A stretch of DNA of 64,000 nt from an uncultured Dehalococcoidaceae bacterium (GTDB lineage: Bacteria; Chloroflexota; Dehalococcoidia; UBA2979). This document shows, piece after piece, positions 25,804 through 35,602 of this stretch; position 1 is the first letter of the stretch; each line of letters starts with the position of its first letter. The translations under genes and the position numbers were made by a program. The DNA lies in assembly GCA_964479165.1 (NCBI GenBank), contig CAYZJO010000002.1:265493-329492 (forward strand). The letters are read 5' to 3'. Below the pieces are notes generated by a model. It searched no databases, was not told the DNA's origin, and saw only the letters and a list, made by a program, of their open reading frames with translations.

Positions 25804-26175
25804 CTAGCCCCCGGCGAGCTTCACGCGGTGGCCGAGCGACTCGAGCTTCGCCTGCAGCCGCTCGCGGTGATCGCCCTGGATCACGAGCACGTTCCCCTCG
25901 AGCGACCCGCCCGCGCCGCAGTGCTGCTTCAGCATCTTGAGCAGCGCATCGAGGTCCCCCTGGCTGCCCGGCAGACCGGTGATGCTCGTCACCGCCTTGC
26001 CGCCGCGACCGTGCTTGCCTCGATGGATGCGCACGACCCCGTCGTCCGGCACGGTGAGCGCGGGCCTGGCGGCCGGGCGCGATGCCTTGCGCCGCGCCGT
26101 TGGCTCCGCGCGGACGCGGCCGGTCGCTTGCGAGCCGTCGGAGGAGTAGACCAGTCGCGAGTCGCCGTCGGGCAC
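25804..26175 (-). CDS. yciH: SUI1/YciH-family translation initiation factor
   Basis: DSRLVYSSDGSQ...DGVVRIHRGKHGRGGKAVTSITGL...GAGGSLEGNVLVIQGDHRERLQAKLESLGHRVKLAGG matches YciH. I chose the GTG start at 26175; the track ORF extends further upstream. Confidence 0.7.
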   Translation of the reverse strand: MPDGDSRLVYSSDGSQATGRVRAEPTARRKASRPAARPALTVPDDGVVRIHRGKHGRGGKAVTSITGLPGSQGDLDALLKMLKQHCGAGGSLEGNVLVIQGDHRERLQAKLESLGHRVKLAGG

Positions 26176-26590
26176 CGAGTCAGCCTCCACTGTGCTGTCG
26201 CTCGACACGTCCACGATACCGCCCGCGGCGATCCCGTCGAGCGCGAGATGCGCTTTCTGAACGCGGAGGGACTCGTGGGCCGGCCCCAAGGGCCGATGCG
26301 AGGTTCATCGTCGGTACCGTCGCACGCGAGAGGACGAAGGTCCCCAGCGCAAGATGGCCAAAGGCCCTGATCGACATGTCGGAGCAACGCTAGGTTCCCC
26401 GCGATCGCAAGCTCCCGTGCCCAACAAGCGTGCTCGGAGGCAATCCACTGAGAGACATGCGGTTCCCCCGTGGCGGGCCCAACGGGTGCACATCGTCGCC
26501 TGACCTCGCTATGTGGCGACCCTCGTGCTGGCCTGCCAGCGTCGCCACCGCGGCACGAAGCCACCCTCGTCCCAACTGCAGGGAGGGGTC

Positions 26591-28627
26591 ATGGAAGCCT
26601 CAACCACGCGAGCCCTCACGCCAGCACGAATCGTCGCTCTCGTCGTCATCGCCGGCCTCGCGGCTTGCCTGGCTTACCTTCGGCTCGCGCCGGGAGGCGC
26701 GGTCACAGTGCCGGAAGGCGCGAAGGCAGGCGACCTGATCCTGACCCCCTGCGAGTTCACTGGCGAAAGCGGTACCTACGCCGCCGACTGCGGGACACTG
26801 GTCGTGGCTGAGAACTCCGGCGACTCGGGTTCGCTGCTGATTGCACTGCCGGTGATTCGCGTCCGCGCCATAACGGACGATCCAAGGGAGCCCGTGTTCT
26901 TCCTCACGGGCGGTCCCGGGCAATCGAATATCGACTACGCGTCCCAGTTCGCCGATCGGTACGTCGCGGCCCGCGACTTTGTCGTGGTCGGCTACCGCGG
27001 GGCGGACGGCTCGGTCCGCCTCGACTGCCCAGAGGTTTCGTCGGCACTCGCGCGTTCGTCGGACATCCTGAGCGAGGCGACGTTCCAAGCCTACGCGGAC
27101 GCGTACGGGGCATGCGCGAGTCGGCTCGCAAGCGAGGGGATCGATGTCACCCGCTACGGCCTCGTCCAACAGGTCGACGACATGGAGACGGCCCGCACCG
27201 CGTTCGGTTATGACCGCATCAATCTGCTGAGCGAGAGCGCGGGGACCCGCACGGCGCTCGTCTACGCCTGGCGGCATCCAGAATCGATCCACCGATCGTT
27301 CATGGTCGGAGTGAACCCGCCCGGCAACTTCCTCTGGGATGCCGCGACGACGGACGAGCAACTCGGACGGTATGCCGCCTACTGCGCCGCCGATGCCGTT
27401 TGCAGCGCGCGGACCAACGACCTGCTGGCCACTTTCCATGAGATCGCCGCTGACGCGCCCGACCGCTGGCTGCTCCTGCCGATCAACGAGTCCAACATCC
27501 GCGTCCTTTCCCTGTTTGGCCTGTTCGAGACGGCGTCCGGTCCCACCTCTGCCCCAGTGCTCATCGATGCGTGGCTGTCGGCAGCTGAAGGCGACTCCAG
27601 CGGGCTCTGGCTGGCTTCGGTCATCGGCGACGTACTCATCTCCGACATGTTCATCGCGGGGCAGCGTGCAGCGGCCGCCAGCATCGACGCAGAGGCCGCG
27701 AGGGAGTACTTCGCGGGTGGGGTCGGTGACCTCTCGAACCTCGGGCGCGCAGCCACCGCCTCCGGCTGGGCGGCCGGCTATTGGATCGACGTCTGGCCGG
27801 TCGCTGCGGAGACGGAGGCGTACCGCCAGGTTCGGCCCTCGGAGACGGAGACGCTCGTCGTGAACGGCGAGCTCGATGTGTCGACTCCACCGCAGATCGC
27901 GACACGACAGCTGATGCCGTTCCTGCCCAACGGTCACGACGTCGTCCTGACCGGAATCGGCCATACCGGCAGCTTCTTCGCAGAACAGGCAGATGCCGGC
28001 ACCCACCTCATCAACACGTTCTTCGAGACGGGCGAAGTCGACGCCTCGCACTATCAGCCGCAGGCGCCTGACTTCACGCCTACGAGGACGTTCGGAGGGA
28101 TCGCGAAAGCCATCGTCAGCACGATGCTCGGGCTGGGGGCGCTCTCCCTGTCATCGCTGGGAGTGATCGCCCTGTGCGTGCATCGCCGGGGCAGCCTTGA
28201 GCCCATGGCCAGCGCGGTGGTGCGGTCGGTCTACTCCGTGGTCCTCGGCCTCGGCGGCTGGTCGCTTGCGGCGCTGGTCGCCCTGGTGACGATGCCCAGT
28301 GTCCGTATCACCAGCGAACTGCTCGTTGTCGTCTCGGTCGCGATGCCGATCGGAATCGCCATCTACTGGGCGTGGGCACACCGGGACTCGCCAGCGAGCA
28401 CCCGGGCAACGGGGTTTGCGGCGGCGACCGGGGGAGCCCTGATCGGTGGGTGGCTTGGCTTCAATGCAACAGACGGACTCGCGAGTCTCGTCACTGCGAT
28501 CGTCGGGGCGTCCCTGGGGGCAAATCTCGACCTGATCGTCCTCGACATCACCATGGCACGACTGGGGCGTCGTCCTGCGGCTCCATCCCTCGGCGTGGAG
28601 CCGGCGCCGAATAGCGCCATCATCTAG
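26591..28627 (+). CDS. secreted alpha/beta hydrolase (TAP/prolyl aminopeptidase-like) with a C-terminal multi-TM domain
   Basis: ATG at 26591 with RBS GGGAGGGG. Signal/TM segment IVALVVIAGLAACLAYL. PVFFLTGGPGQS and LSESAGT nucleophile elbow. C-terminal hydrophobic helices. Confidence 0.7.
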   Translation: MEASTTRALTPARIVALVVIAGLAACLAYLRLAPGGAVTVPEGAKAGDLILTPCEFTGESGTYAADCGTLVVAENSGDSGSLLIALPVIRVRAITDDPREPVFFLTGGPGQSNIDYASQFADRYVAARDFVVVGYRGADGSVRLDCPEVSSALARSSDILSEATFQAYADAYGACASRLASEGIDVTRYGLVQQVDDMETARTAFGYDRINLLSESAGTRTALVYAWRHPESIHRSFMVGVNPPGNFLWDAATTDEQLGRYAAYCAADAVCSARTNDLLATFHEIAADAPDRWLLLPINESNIRVLSLFGLFETASGPTSAPVLIDAWLSAAEGDSSGLWLASVIGDVLISDMFIAGQRAAAASIDAEAAREYFAGGVGDLSNLGRAATASGWAAGYWIDVWPVAAETEAYRQVRPSETETLVVNGELDVSTPPQIATRQLMPFLPNGHDVVLTGIGHTGSFFAEQADAGTHLINTFFETGEVDASHYQPQAPDFTPTRTFGGIAKAIVSTMLGLGALSLSSLGVIALCVHRRGSLEPMASAVVRSVYSVVLGLGGWSLAALVALVTMPSVRITSELLVVVSVAMPIGIAIYWAWAHRDSPASTRATGFAAATGGALIGGWLGFNATDGLASLVTAIVGASLGANLDLIVLDITMARLGRRPAAPSLGVEPAPNSAII

Positions 28628-28752
28628 GTAGTCGGTCGCGACGGACAGCTCGGGACGTCTCCGTACGCCAGTGTCGGGCTAACGACCGACCTCCCTCGAG
28701 AGTGACGACGGCCGGAGTGCGCACACGACGCTCATCGGGTTACGTTCGATGC

Positions 28753-29319
28753 ATGAAGAACTCACTCCGACTCGTTGCTGTGGCTGCCCTCGGCCTCGCG
28801 CTTGCTGCCTGCGGTGGCGACGACGCGCCCTCGGATCCCGCGCCAACCGGCACCGCCGCGGGCGCGACGGCAACGTCGACGCCCGGCGAGCCCGCGACCC
28901 CCGAGGCGCCCCGCACGCCGGTCGCCGGCGAGCCCGATGACTTCGCGACGTCGTGCGGCTCCGCGTTCGCCTGGGGCGAGGTGCTGCCGTTCGACTTCGC
29001 GTGCATCGATGAGCCACGGCCCGCTGTGTTGCTCATCGGTCAGTTCGAGGCACATGGCTACGCCGCGAGCGCCGAGGGCGAACTCATCCTCGAGGTGCGC
29101 GACGCAAACGGGAACCCGCTCGGCTCGCAGACAGTCGAACTCGTGGCAGAGACGCCGGGCGCGCTCGCGCCGTGGGAGGCGACGATGACCGTCCCGAGGA
29201 CCGTGCCGCCGGGACCGGCGATCGTCGCCGTCTACTTCGAGACGCCCGAGGGGCCTTCCGGCGAGGCGACCTCCGAGATCTACGTCGAGCCGGATCTCGG
29301 TCCCGCTCCCGACAGCTAG
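28753..29319 (+). CDS. lipoprotein with an Ig-like (Gmad2-type) domain
   Basis: MKNSLRLVAVAALGLALAAC lipobox. ELILEVRDANGNPLGSQTVELVAETPGALAPWEATMTV. Confidence 0.55.
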   Translation: MKNSLRLVAVAALGLALAACGGDDAPSDPAPTGTAAGATATSTPGEPATPEAPRTPVAGEPDDFATSCGSAFAWGEVLPFDFACIDEPRPAVLLIGQFEAHGYAASAEGELILEVRDANGNPLGSQTVELVAETPGALAPWEATMTVPRTVPPGPAIVAVYFETPEGPSGEATSEIYVEPDLGPAPDS

Positions 29320-29325
29320 AGGCAG

Positions 29326-30069
29326 CTAGAGGTAGCGCTCGAGGAACTCCGCCTGCACCTCGAACGCCTCCGGGCCGTTGTCGACGTGCATGCCGGGGTA
29401 CGCGTGGAGGCGCTTGTCCTCGGAGCCGAGGCGGTCGTACAGGTCGAGCGCGCCGTCTCGGTCGAAGCGCTCGTCGTCCCATTGGATCGTGAACAGCACG
29501 GGCACGGTCACGCGCGGCGCGTACTCCGCAAAGTGCTTGTCGATGCCGCTGCGCGCGACGCTCGAGCCCGTCATGCCCGCCTTGCCGAGGACCGCCGCGA
29601 GGATGCGGTCGTCGCTCGCCACGAACGGCAGGCCGAACATCGTCCCCATCGAGACGCCCCAGTAGCCGACGCGCGCGCTGTCCACCTCGGGCAGCGGAGA
29701 CAACGCATCGAGGGTCGCGCGCCAGTCCTCGATCATCCCGTCGACGGCGCCCTCGCGCTGCCACATCTCGCGGTACGCGGGGGCGGTCGTGTCCTCCAGG
29801 CCGCCGCGGTCCCCGTGCACGGGGCCGTCGATGGCGGCGGCGCACCAGCCGTAGCTGCCGGCGAACAGCTGCCCGAGCATCCGCATCCGGTCGTTGCGCT
29901 TGTGGCCGCTGCCGCCGTGCCCCATCAGCACCAGCGGGAAGGGGCCGGACACGTCCTCGGGACGCCAGAAGACGCCGGGCACCGTCTGCCCATCACGCGT
30001 CACCTCGAAACCGCGCTCGAGGGCGCCGTCCTCGCTCGTCTCGTCGTCCAACCAATGGATCTCGGCCAT
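29326..30069 (-). CDS. alpha/beta hydrolase (dienelactone hydrolase-like)
   Basis: PLVLMGHGGSGHK...GYWGVSMGT nucleophile motif. Confidence 0.7.
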   Translation of the reverse strand: MAEIHWLDDETSEDGALERGFEVTRDGQTVPGVFWRPEDVSGPFPLVLMGHGGSGHKRNDRMRMLGQLFAGSYGWCAAAIDGPVHGDRGGLEDTTAPAYREMWQREGAVDGMIEDWRATLDALSPLPEVDSARVGYWGVSMGTMFGLPFVASDDRILAAVLGKAGMTGSSVARSGIDKHFAEYAPRVTVPVLFTIQWDDERFDRDGALDLYDRLGSEDKRLHAYPGMHVDNGPEAFEVQAEFLERYL

Positions 30070-30192
30070 CGCTCACCTGCCTCCCACGCCGAACACGATA
30101 GCCGCCACCACCAAGCCCACCCAACCGCTCGTCCTGAGTGCTCCCCTGAGCCTGTCGAAGGGTGTCGAAGGACGTTCCGGGCGTTCCGATTC

Positions 30193-30534
30193 TCAGCCGT
30201 CCGCCAGCGGAATCGTGGCCACCACGCACGGTTGATCGCCGTGGACGCGGGTCGTATGGCCGCGCCCGGTGATGTCCTCCACGAGGCGCGCGTCGCCGGG
30301 CCCGAAGACGCGCGTCGTGCCGTCGCCGAAGCCGATCTCGAGCGCGCCCGAGAGGATGATGACGAACTGCCTCCGAGGCGCGGGATGCCAGTCGATGAAG
30401 CGCCCGACCGGGTCCTCGCGGAACACGATGTGCGAGGTCGCAAGACCGGCCGTCCACGCCGGCGTCGAGGCGAGGTCGATCTCCTCGACGCGCGACTCGC
30501 CGCTCTCGTCGGTGAACATGCGGAACCTGCCCAT
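30193..30534 (-). CDS. cupin-domain protein
   Basis: 113 aa with a small beta-barrel pattern (WHPAPRRQFVIILSGALEI...GPGDARLVED). Confidence 0.6.
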   Translation of the reverse strand: MGRFRMFTDESGESRVEEIDLASTPAWTAGLATSHIVFREDPVGRFIDWHPAPRRQFVIILSGALEIGFGDGTTRVFGPGDARLVEDITGRGHTTRVHGDQPCVVATIPLADG

Positions 30535-30569
30535 GCGGCCTCCCTCGGAACGCGCGTGGCCTGAGCCGT

Positions 30570-31646
30570 CTAGGTGAAGTTGAAGTCGAGCCCGAGCTCG
30601 CCCTCGATCTGGCGGAACCAGTCGATCACCTCAGTGTGGTACGGGATGCCCTCCTCGAGGCGCTGGCGCTGCTCCTCGGCCTCGAGCAGGCCGGGGTAGA
30701 CGACGCGCTCGTGGCCCGGCGCGGGCTTCGTCTCCGCGAGGCCGCGCAGGAACTCGTCCATGTCACGCTTGAACTGGTCGGCGTCGATGAACGCGTCGAT
30801 GCGGTACGCCATGAGGTGGTAGCCGGGCTGCCCGGAGATGAAGCCGCCTCCGAGGCCGCTCAGCGTGCTGGCGAGGATGTCGACGACCGCCCCGAGGCCG
30901 TACCCCTTGTGCGACCCGAGCTCGCGCGTGCCGCCGAGCGGGAGCAGGTAGAACTCGTCGGGGAAGTCGATCTCCTCCATCACCGGCGTGCCGTCGAGAG
31001 TGGCGACCCAGCCCGGCGCGATCTTGGCGCCGACTCGCTGCGCCAGCCGCATCTTGTTCATCGCCACCTGCGACGTGCCGATGTCGAAGACGAAGGGGGG
31101 CATCGAGGCGGCGGGCGCGGCCCAGGCGATGGGGTTGGTGCCGAGTCGTGGCTGCGCGCCCCACGTCGGCACGACGATCGGCCGGCCGCTCGTCGACATC
31201 GCGATGCCGATCATGTCGTGCGGGAGCGCCATCATCGCGTGGTAGCCGGCGCCGCCCATGTGCCCGACGTTGTGCACGCAGACCGCACCGAGCCCCATCT
31301 CGCTCGCCTTGGAGATCGCCAGCTCCATGGCCTGTGGCGCGACGTGCAGCCCGAGCCCGCCGCCGCCATCGAGGACGGCCGTCGTTGCCGTCTCCCGCTC
31401 GACGACCACGTTCGGCCGCGCCTCAAGCGCCCCGGAGCGGTAGCCCGCGACGTACGAGCGCAGCATGTTCGACACGCCGTGCGTCTCGACGCCGCGCAGG
31501 TCGTTGAACATCAGGACGTCGGCCGCGCGCCAGGCGTCTCGCTCCCCGAGCCCCATCGCCCCGAAGATGGACTCCGCCGCCGCCCGCATCGACGGCTCAT
31601 CGACGTACACCCGCGCATCCGCTGGCACCTTGAACCGCTCGAGCAT
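30570..31646 (-). CDS. Ldh_2-family (malate/L-lactate/sulfolactate dehydrogenase-type) oxidoreductase
   Basis: NDLRGVETHGVSNMLRSYVAGYRSGALEARPN...CVHNVGHMGGAGYHA. Confidence 0.8.
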   Translation of the reverse strand: MLERFKVPADARVYVDEPSMRAAAESIFGAMGLGERDAWRAADVLMFNDLRGVETHGVSNMLRSYVAGYRSGALEARPNVVVERETATTAVLDGGGGLGLHVAPQAMELAISKASEMGLGAVCVHNVGHMGGAGYHAMMALPHDMIGIAMSTSGRPIVVPTWGAQPRLGTNPIAWAAPAASMPPFVFDIGTSQVAMNKMRLAQRVGAKIAPGWVATLDGTPVMEEIDFPDEFYLLPLGGTRELGSHKGYGLGAVVDILASTLSGLGGGFISGQPGYHLMAYRIDAFIDADQFKRDMDEFLRGLAETKPAPGHERVVYPGLLEAEEQRQRLEEGIPYHTEVIDWFRQIEGELGLDFNFT

Positions 31647-31776
31647 GGCACGCCTCCCCCTCGGCGGTGGAGGGTACTCGGTTCAAGGGGTGGGTGTGGG
31701 CTGATCCCGCGCTGATCGTCCACCAACGTCGCAACGGTCAAGGTACGCGTCACCGAAGCGCGAAAGGCGTCACGCG

Positions 31777-32211
31777 TTAGCGGCGCAGATCGCGCGCGAG
31801 TTCTTCGGGTTCGGGTAGCTCGAGGAAGATGCCGAGCATCCGCATTCGGCCATCGTCGCCCGGACCCCCGCCAGCGATCAGCGCGTCGCAGGCCACCAAC
31901 TGGCGGTGACGGCGCAGGATTGGCTGGTACGCCGCCGCATCGTCGCGCGACAGGTACCCCACCTTGTTTGAGTTGTTGACAAAGACGGCGACGGCGTTGC
32001 GGTCGTACGAGTTCTGCGGTTCAGGGACGAGGACGGCGAACACCTTGGTACGGACCTCGGTCCCGCGGGGAGCGCCTGCCACAGCCCATAATGCATCCTG
32101 GTAGTTGGACTCGCCCACCACGTGAACCGAGAGCGCGTTGTGCGACACGACGTGCGTCGCGGTAATCGTCATCTCTCGCGGCTTTGGCTTCAGAAAGTCG
32201 AGCAAGCCCAT
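31777..32211 (-). CDS. stand-alone HIRAN-domain protein
   Basis: Start at ATG 32209-32211 (MGLLDFLKPK). HVVGESNYQDAL...VPEPQNSYDRNAVAVFVNNSNKVGYL. Confidence 0.55.
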   Translation of the reverse strand: MGLLDFLKPKPREMTITATHVVSHNALSVHVVGESNYQDALWAVAGAPRGTEVRTKVFAVLVPEPQNSYDRNAVAVFVNNSNKVGYLSRDDAAAYQPILRRHRQLVACDALIAGGGPGDDGRMRMLGIFLELPEPEELARDLRR

Positions 32212-32371
32212 AGCGTGCGGGATGCTATCACGATCATTCCCCGCAGCACCTTCACGCGCAGCCACCCGTTGATCCCTTATCGAGTCGCGACGAGTGCGGC
32301 GCTGAGAGCATCGCGCTTCCCCGTCCCGCACGGTTTGACGGGAGGCGGCAAGCGTTTCGTCGCCGCAGCCG

Positions 32372-33418
32372 TCACGGTCCGTCGGCGTACTGCTCAGTCA
32401 ATTGCTCGGAGTGATCAAGGTACGCGTACGCCTCATCGAGCGTGACTACGCCCTCGAGTGCCTCGCTCAGTTCCACATCGGCAGACCTCGCCAACTGGAG
32501 AAAGTACGGGCCACCGAACGGAAATGCTTCGTCCTCGGCCTGCGACAGGTTCGTCAGCAACAAGGACCGCCGCTGTTGCTCGGGCACGATCTCGTTCCAG
32601 TACCGCTCCTCCCCGTAGCGCGCGATGTCAGACTCGACCTGCCTTCGATAGCAAACCGATCCCGGCCCAGAATCAGCCGTTCCGTCGCTGAGCGTCGAGG
32701 TAGCCATCTGGCGAGTCATCGTGACTTGGGCGGCGATCTGCTCGTCGGACGGCTCAAGGCCGCGCCGCTCCGCCTCCGCACGCGGCGCGAGCGACAGGAG
32801 CAGCCCACCCAGCGCTCTAGCTTCGCGCGAATGCCCGGTTTCAAGCCTGTCCATGAATTCCAGAGTCGTCCGTATGTCGGCCGTCTCTGAATGGTCCATG
32901 GTTTCCACCATCTGACGAAGACACACCGTCATCGGGTTCCTCGAGAATTCGCCGGCCAGCGCCTCCTCCCACTCCTCCTCCGTCACGTCGATCCCCTCGA
33001 TGACGGCGACAACACCATCATCCGCCCCACCACCGTCCGAGAACACAGCGAACCCGACGAGGACAGCCACGACCGCGACGAGCGCGCCGGCAGCGAGGCC
33101 CGCGACCTTCAGCGTCGACATCAGTACCTCCTTCGTGCCGCGTCCGAGGAACGGCAGCGCCAGCGCGTGAGCGGCGCGGCGCTCCACCGAGGTGGGGCGG
33201 CCCTCCCATTCGGCGAGGGCACGGCGGTCCGAGGCGCCCGTCTTCGCGAGGATGCTCGAGACGTGGGTGTTCACCGTCGCGACGGAGACGCCGAGCCGCA
33301 CCGCGATCTCGGCGTTGGGCCGTCCCTCGCGGACGTGCTCGAGGACGCGCCACTCGGCGGGAGTCAGCACGTCGGGGTGTGGCGGGCGCCCGCGACGGTG
33401 GCGTTTCATCCAGTGCAC
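32372..33418 (-). CDS. membrane-tethered regulator: N-terminal LuxR-type HTH, one TM helix, C-terminal extracytoplasmic domain of unknown function
   Basis: LTPAEWRVLEHVREGRPNAEIAVRLGVSVATVNTHVSSILAKTG, then MSTLKVAGLAAGALVAVVAVLVGFAVF, then about 230 aa. A single ORF with no stop. Confidence 0.5.
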   Translation of the reverse strand: MHWMKRHRRGRPPHPDVLTPAEWRVLEHVREGRPNAEIAVRLGVSVATVNTHVSSILAKTGASDRRALAEWEGRPTSVERRAAHALALPFLGRGTKEVLMSTLKVAGLAAGALVAVVAVLVGFAVFSDGGGADDGVVAVIEGIDVTEEEWEEALAGEFSRNPMTVCLRQMVETMDHSETADIRTTLEFMDRLETGHSREARALGGLLLSLAPRAEAERRGLEPSDEQIAAQVTMTRQMATSTLSDGTADSGPGSVCYRRQVESDIARYGEERYWNEIVPEQQRRSLLLTNLSQAEDEAFPFGGPYFLQLARSADVELSEALEGVVTLDEAYAYLDHSEQLTEQYADGP

Positions 33419-33570
33419 GAGGCCATGCTACGAGGCAACCCGACCGAATTACCTCATCCCTCCGGACCCCCGCCCCGCGTTACGTCGGCGATACACGAGG
33501 CGCGCCACCATCGAGTGGCGGCAAGCGCCGTGTGTCCTCGGTACGCTGGAGTCGAGCGGAGGTTGGCGGC

Positions 33571-34224
33571 GTGCGCATCCTGGTCGTCGAGGACGAGCGT
33601 GACCTGGCGGATGCGATCGCGCGCGGGCTGCGGCGCGAGGGCATGGCCGTCGATGTCGTGTTCGATGGCAGCGACGGCCTCGAGAAGGCGACCGTCAACG
33701 GGTACGACGTCATCCTGCTCGACCGCGACCTGCCGAGGCTGCACGGAGACGATGTCTGCCGCGAGCTGCTCGCGAGCGGCTCGACGGCGCGCATCCTCAT
33801 GCTCACAGCGGCTTCAGGGACGAGCGACCGCATCGAGGGGCTCGACCTCGGCGCCGACGACTACCTCGGGAAGCCGTTCGACTTCGGCGAGCTGACCGCG
33901 CGCATCCGAGCGCTGGCGCGACGCAGTCAGCCCGCGCGCGAGCCGGTGCTGCGCCGCCTCGACATCACGCTCGACCCCGCGACTCGTCGCGTCGAGCGCG
34001 GCGGGCGGCCGGTCGAGTTGACGCGCAAGGAGTTCGCGGTCCTCGAGGTGCTGCTGCGCGCCGAGGGTGGGGTCGTCAGCGCCGAGGAGCTGCTCGAGCG
34101 CGCGTGGGACGAGGAGGCGGACCCCTTCACGAACGCCGTGCGCATGACCGTCTCCAAGCTGCGCCGTAGCCTCGGCGACCCGCCGGTCATCGAGACGATC
34201 GTCGGCGTGGGGTACCGCCTGTGA
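33571..34224 (+). CDS. OmpR-family response regulator
   Basis: GTG start with RBS GGAGG. VRILVVEDERDLAD...ILLDRDLP...LMLTA...GADDYLGKPF plus a winged-helix C-terminus. Confidence 0.85.
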   Translation: MRILVVEDERDLADAIARGLRREGMAVDVVFDGSDGLEKATVNGYDVILLDRDLPRLHGDDVCRELLASGSTARILMLTAASGTSDRIEGLDLGADDYLGKPFDFGELTARIRALARRSQPAREPVLRRLDITLDPATRRVERGGRPVELTRKEFAVLEVLLRAEGGVVSAEELLERAWDEEADPFTNAVRMTVSKLRRSLGDPPVIETIVGVGYRL

Positions 34225-34243
34225 GCGTCTCGAGGCGCGGCTG

Positions 34244-35518
34244 ATGCAGCGCTGGTCGACGATCCGCGTCCAGCTCACGCTCTGGTACGGCTCGCTGTTC
34301 CTGCTCGCGGGCGCGCTCCTGCTCGGGCTCAACTTCGTCCTCGTCGCGCGCAACTTCCCGACGGGAGAGGGCAACGTGCGCACCGCAGTGCTGGACCGCC
34401 TCGGCCTCCCCGCCGAGCAGTTCGCGCCCGCCACCTCGTTCGAGTTCCGGCCGGTGGACTCGCTCCGCCTGTCGCCGGAGGCCCGCCGCGGCTTCCGCCT
34501 GGCCGACCTCGTCGACAACGTCGCCTTGGAGCTGCGCGCCGACACGCTGCGGCAGCTCGTCGTGCAGTCGCTCATCGCGCTCTTCGCGATGGCCGGCGTG
34601 TCGGTGCTGCTCGGCTGGTGGATGGCGGGCAGGATGCTGCGTCCGCTGCACGAGATCGCGGGCACGATGCGCGAGATCTCCGAGCAGCGCCTCGACCGCC
34701 GCGTCGCCCTCGACGGCCCGCCCGACGAGCTGAAGGAGCTCGCCGACCAGTTCGACGCGATGCTCGACCGCCTCCAGGTGGCGTTCGCCTCGCAGCGCGA
34801 GTTTGTGGCGAACGCCTCGCACGAGCTGCGCACGCCCCTCGCGATCATCCGCACCGAGCTCGACGTCACGCTCGCTGGCGTCGAGAGCGGCGCGAGCACA
34901 CCCGAGGACCTGCGCCACATGGGCGAGGTGGTGCGTCGTGCGATCGGCCGCACCGAGGACCTGATCGAGCGCCTGATGGTGCTCGCCCGGGCCGGCGAAC
35001 CGCTGACCCGTAGCGAGCCGTTCAACCTCGCGCAGGCCGCCGAGCGCGCCCTCGAGGCCCACCGCGCGCGCATCGAGGAGCGCGGCATCGAGACGCAGCT
35101 CGACCTCCAGCGCGCCCGCCTGACCGGCGACCCGGTCCTCCTCGACAGCCTCGTCTCGAACCTCGTGGACAACGCCGTCCGCTACAACGAGGACGGCGGC
35201 CGCCTGGTCGTTGCCACGCGCGAGGAGGCAGGAAGCGCCGTGCTTCGCGTCGAGAACGAGGGCGCCGAGGTCCGCCCCGAGGAAGTCGCGCGCCTCTTCG
35301 AGCGCTTCAGCCGCGGCGACCGCTCGCGCAGCCGCGACACCGGCGGCTACGGCCTCGGACTCGCGATCGTCCAGGCGATCGCCGGCGCCCACCGCGGCAC
35401 CGTCGACGCCCGTCCTCGCGACGGCGGGGGGCTGGTCGTGGAGGTGCGATTGCCCCTTCCTTCCCGCCCTGAGCCTGTCGAAAGGGGGCCCTCTCCCGCA
35501 GGCTCGCAGGCAGAGTGA
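34244..35518 (+). CDS. sensor histidine kinase (2 TM, HAMP, HisKA, HATPase)
   Basis: ANASHELRTPLAIIRTELDV and a C-terminal G-boxes region. Cognate to the regulator upstream. Confidence 0.85.
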   Translation: MQRWSTIRVQLTLWYGSLFLLAGALLLGLNFVLVARNFPTGEGNVRTAVLDRLGLPAEQFAPATSFEFRPVDSLRLSPEARRGFRLADLVDNVALELRADTLRQLVVQSLIALFAMAGVSVLLGWWMAGRMLRPLHEIAGTMREISEQRLDRRVALDGPPDELKELADQFDAMLDRLQVAFASQREFVANASHELRTPLAIIRTELDVTLAGVESGASTPEDLRHMGEVVRRAIGRTEDLIERLMVLARAGEPLTRSEPFNLAQAAERALEAHRARIEERGIETQLDLQRARLTGDPVLLDSLVSNLVDNAVRYNEDGGRLVVATREEAGSAVLRVENEGAEVRPEEVARLFERFSRGDRSRSRDTGGYGLGLAIVQAIAGAHRGTVDARPRDGGGLVVEVRLPLPSRPEPVERGPSPAGSQAE

Positions 35519-35602
35519 AGGGCGTGGTTCGACAGGAGATCCCCACACACAAAGAAGGCGGGCCGCTCGGCCCGCCCTCTCCGTCACCGCCGATGCGTCC
35601 CG

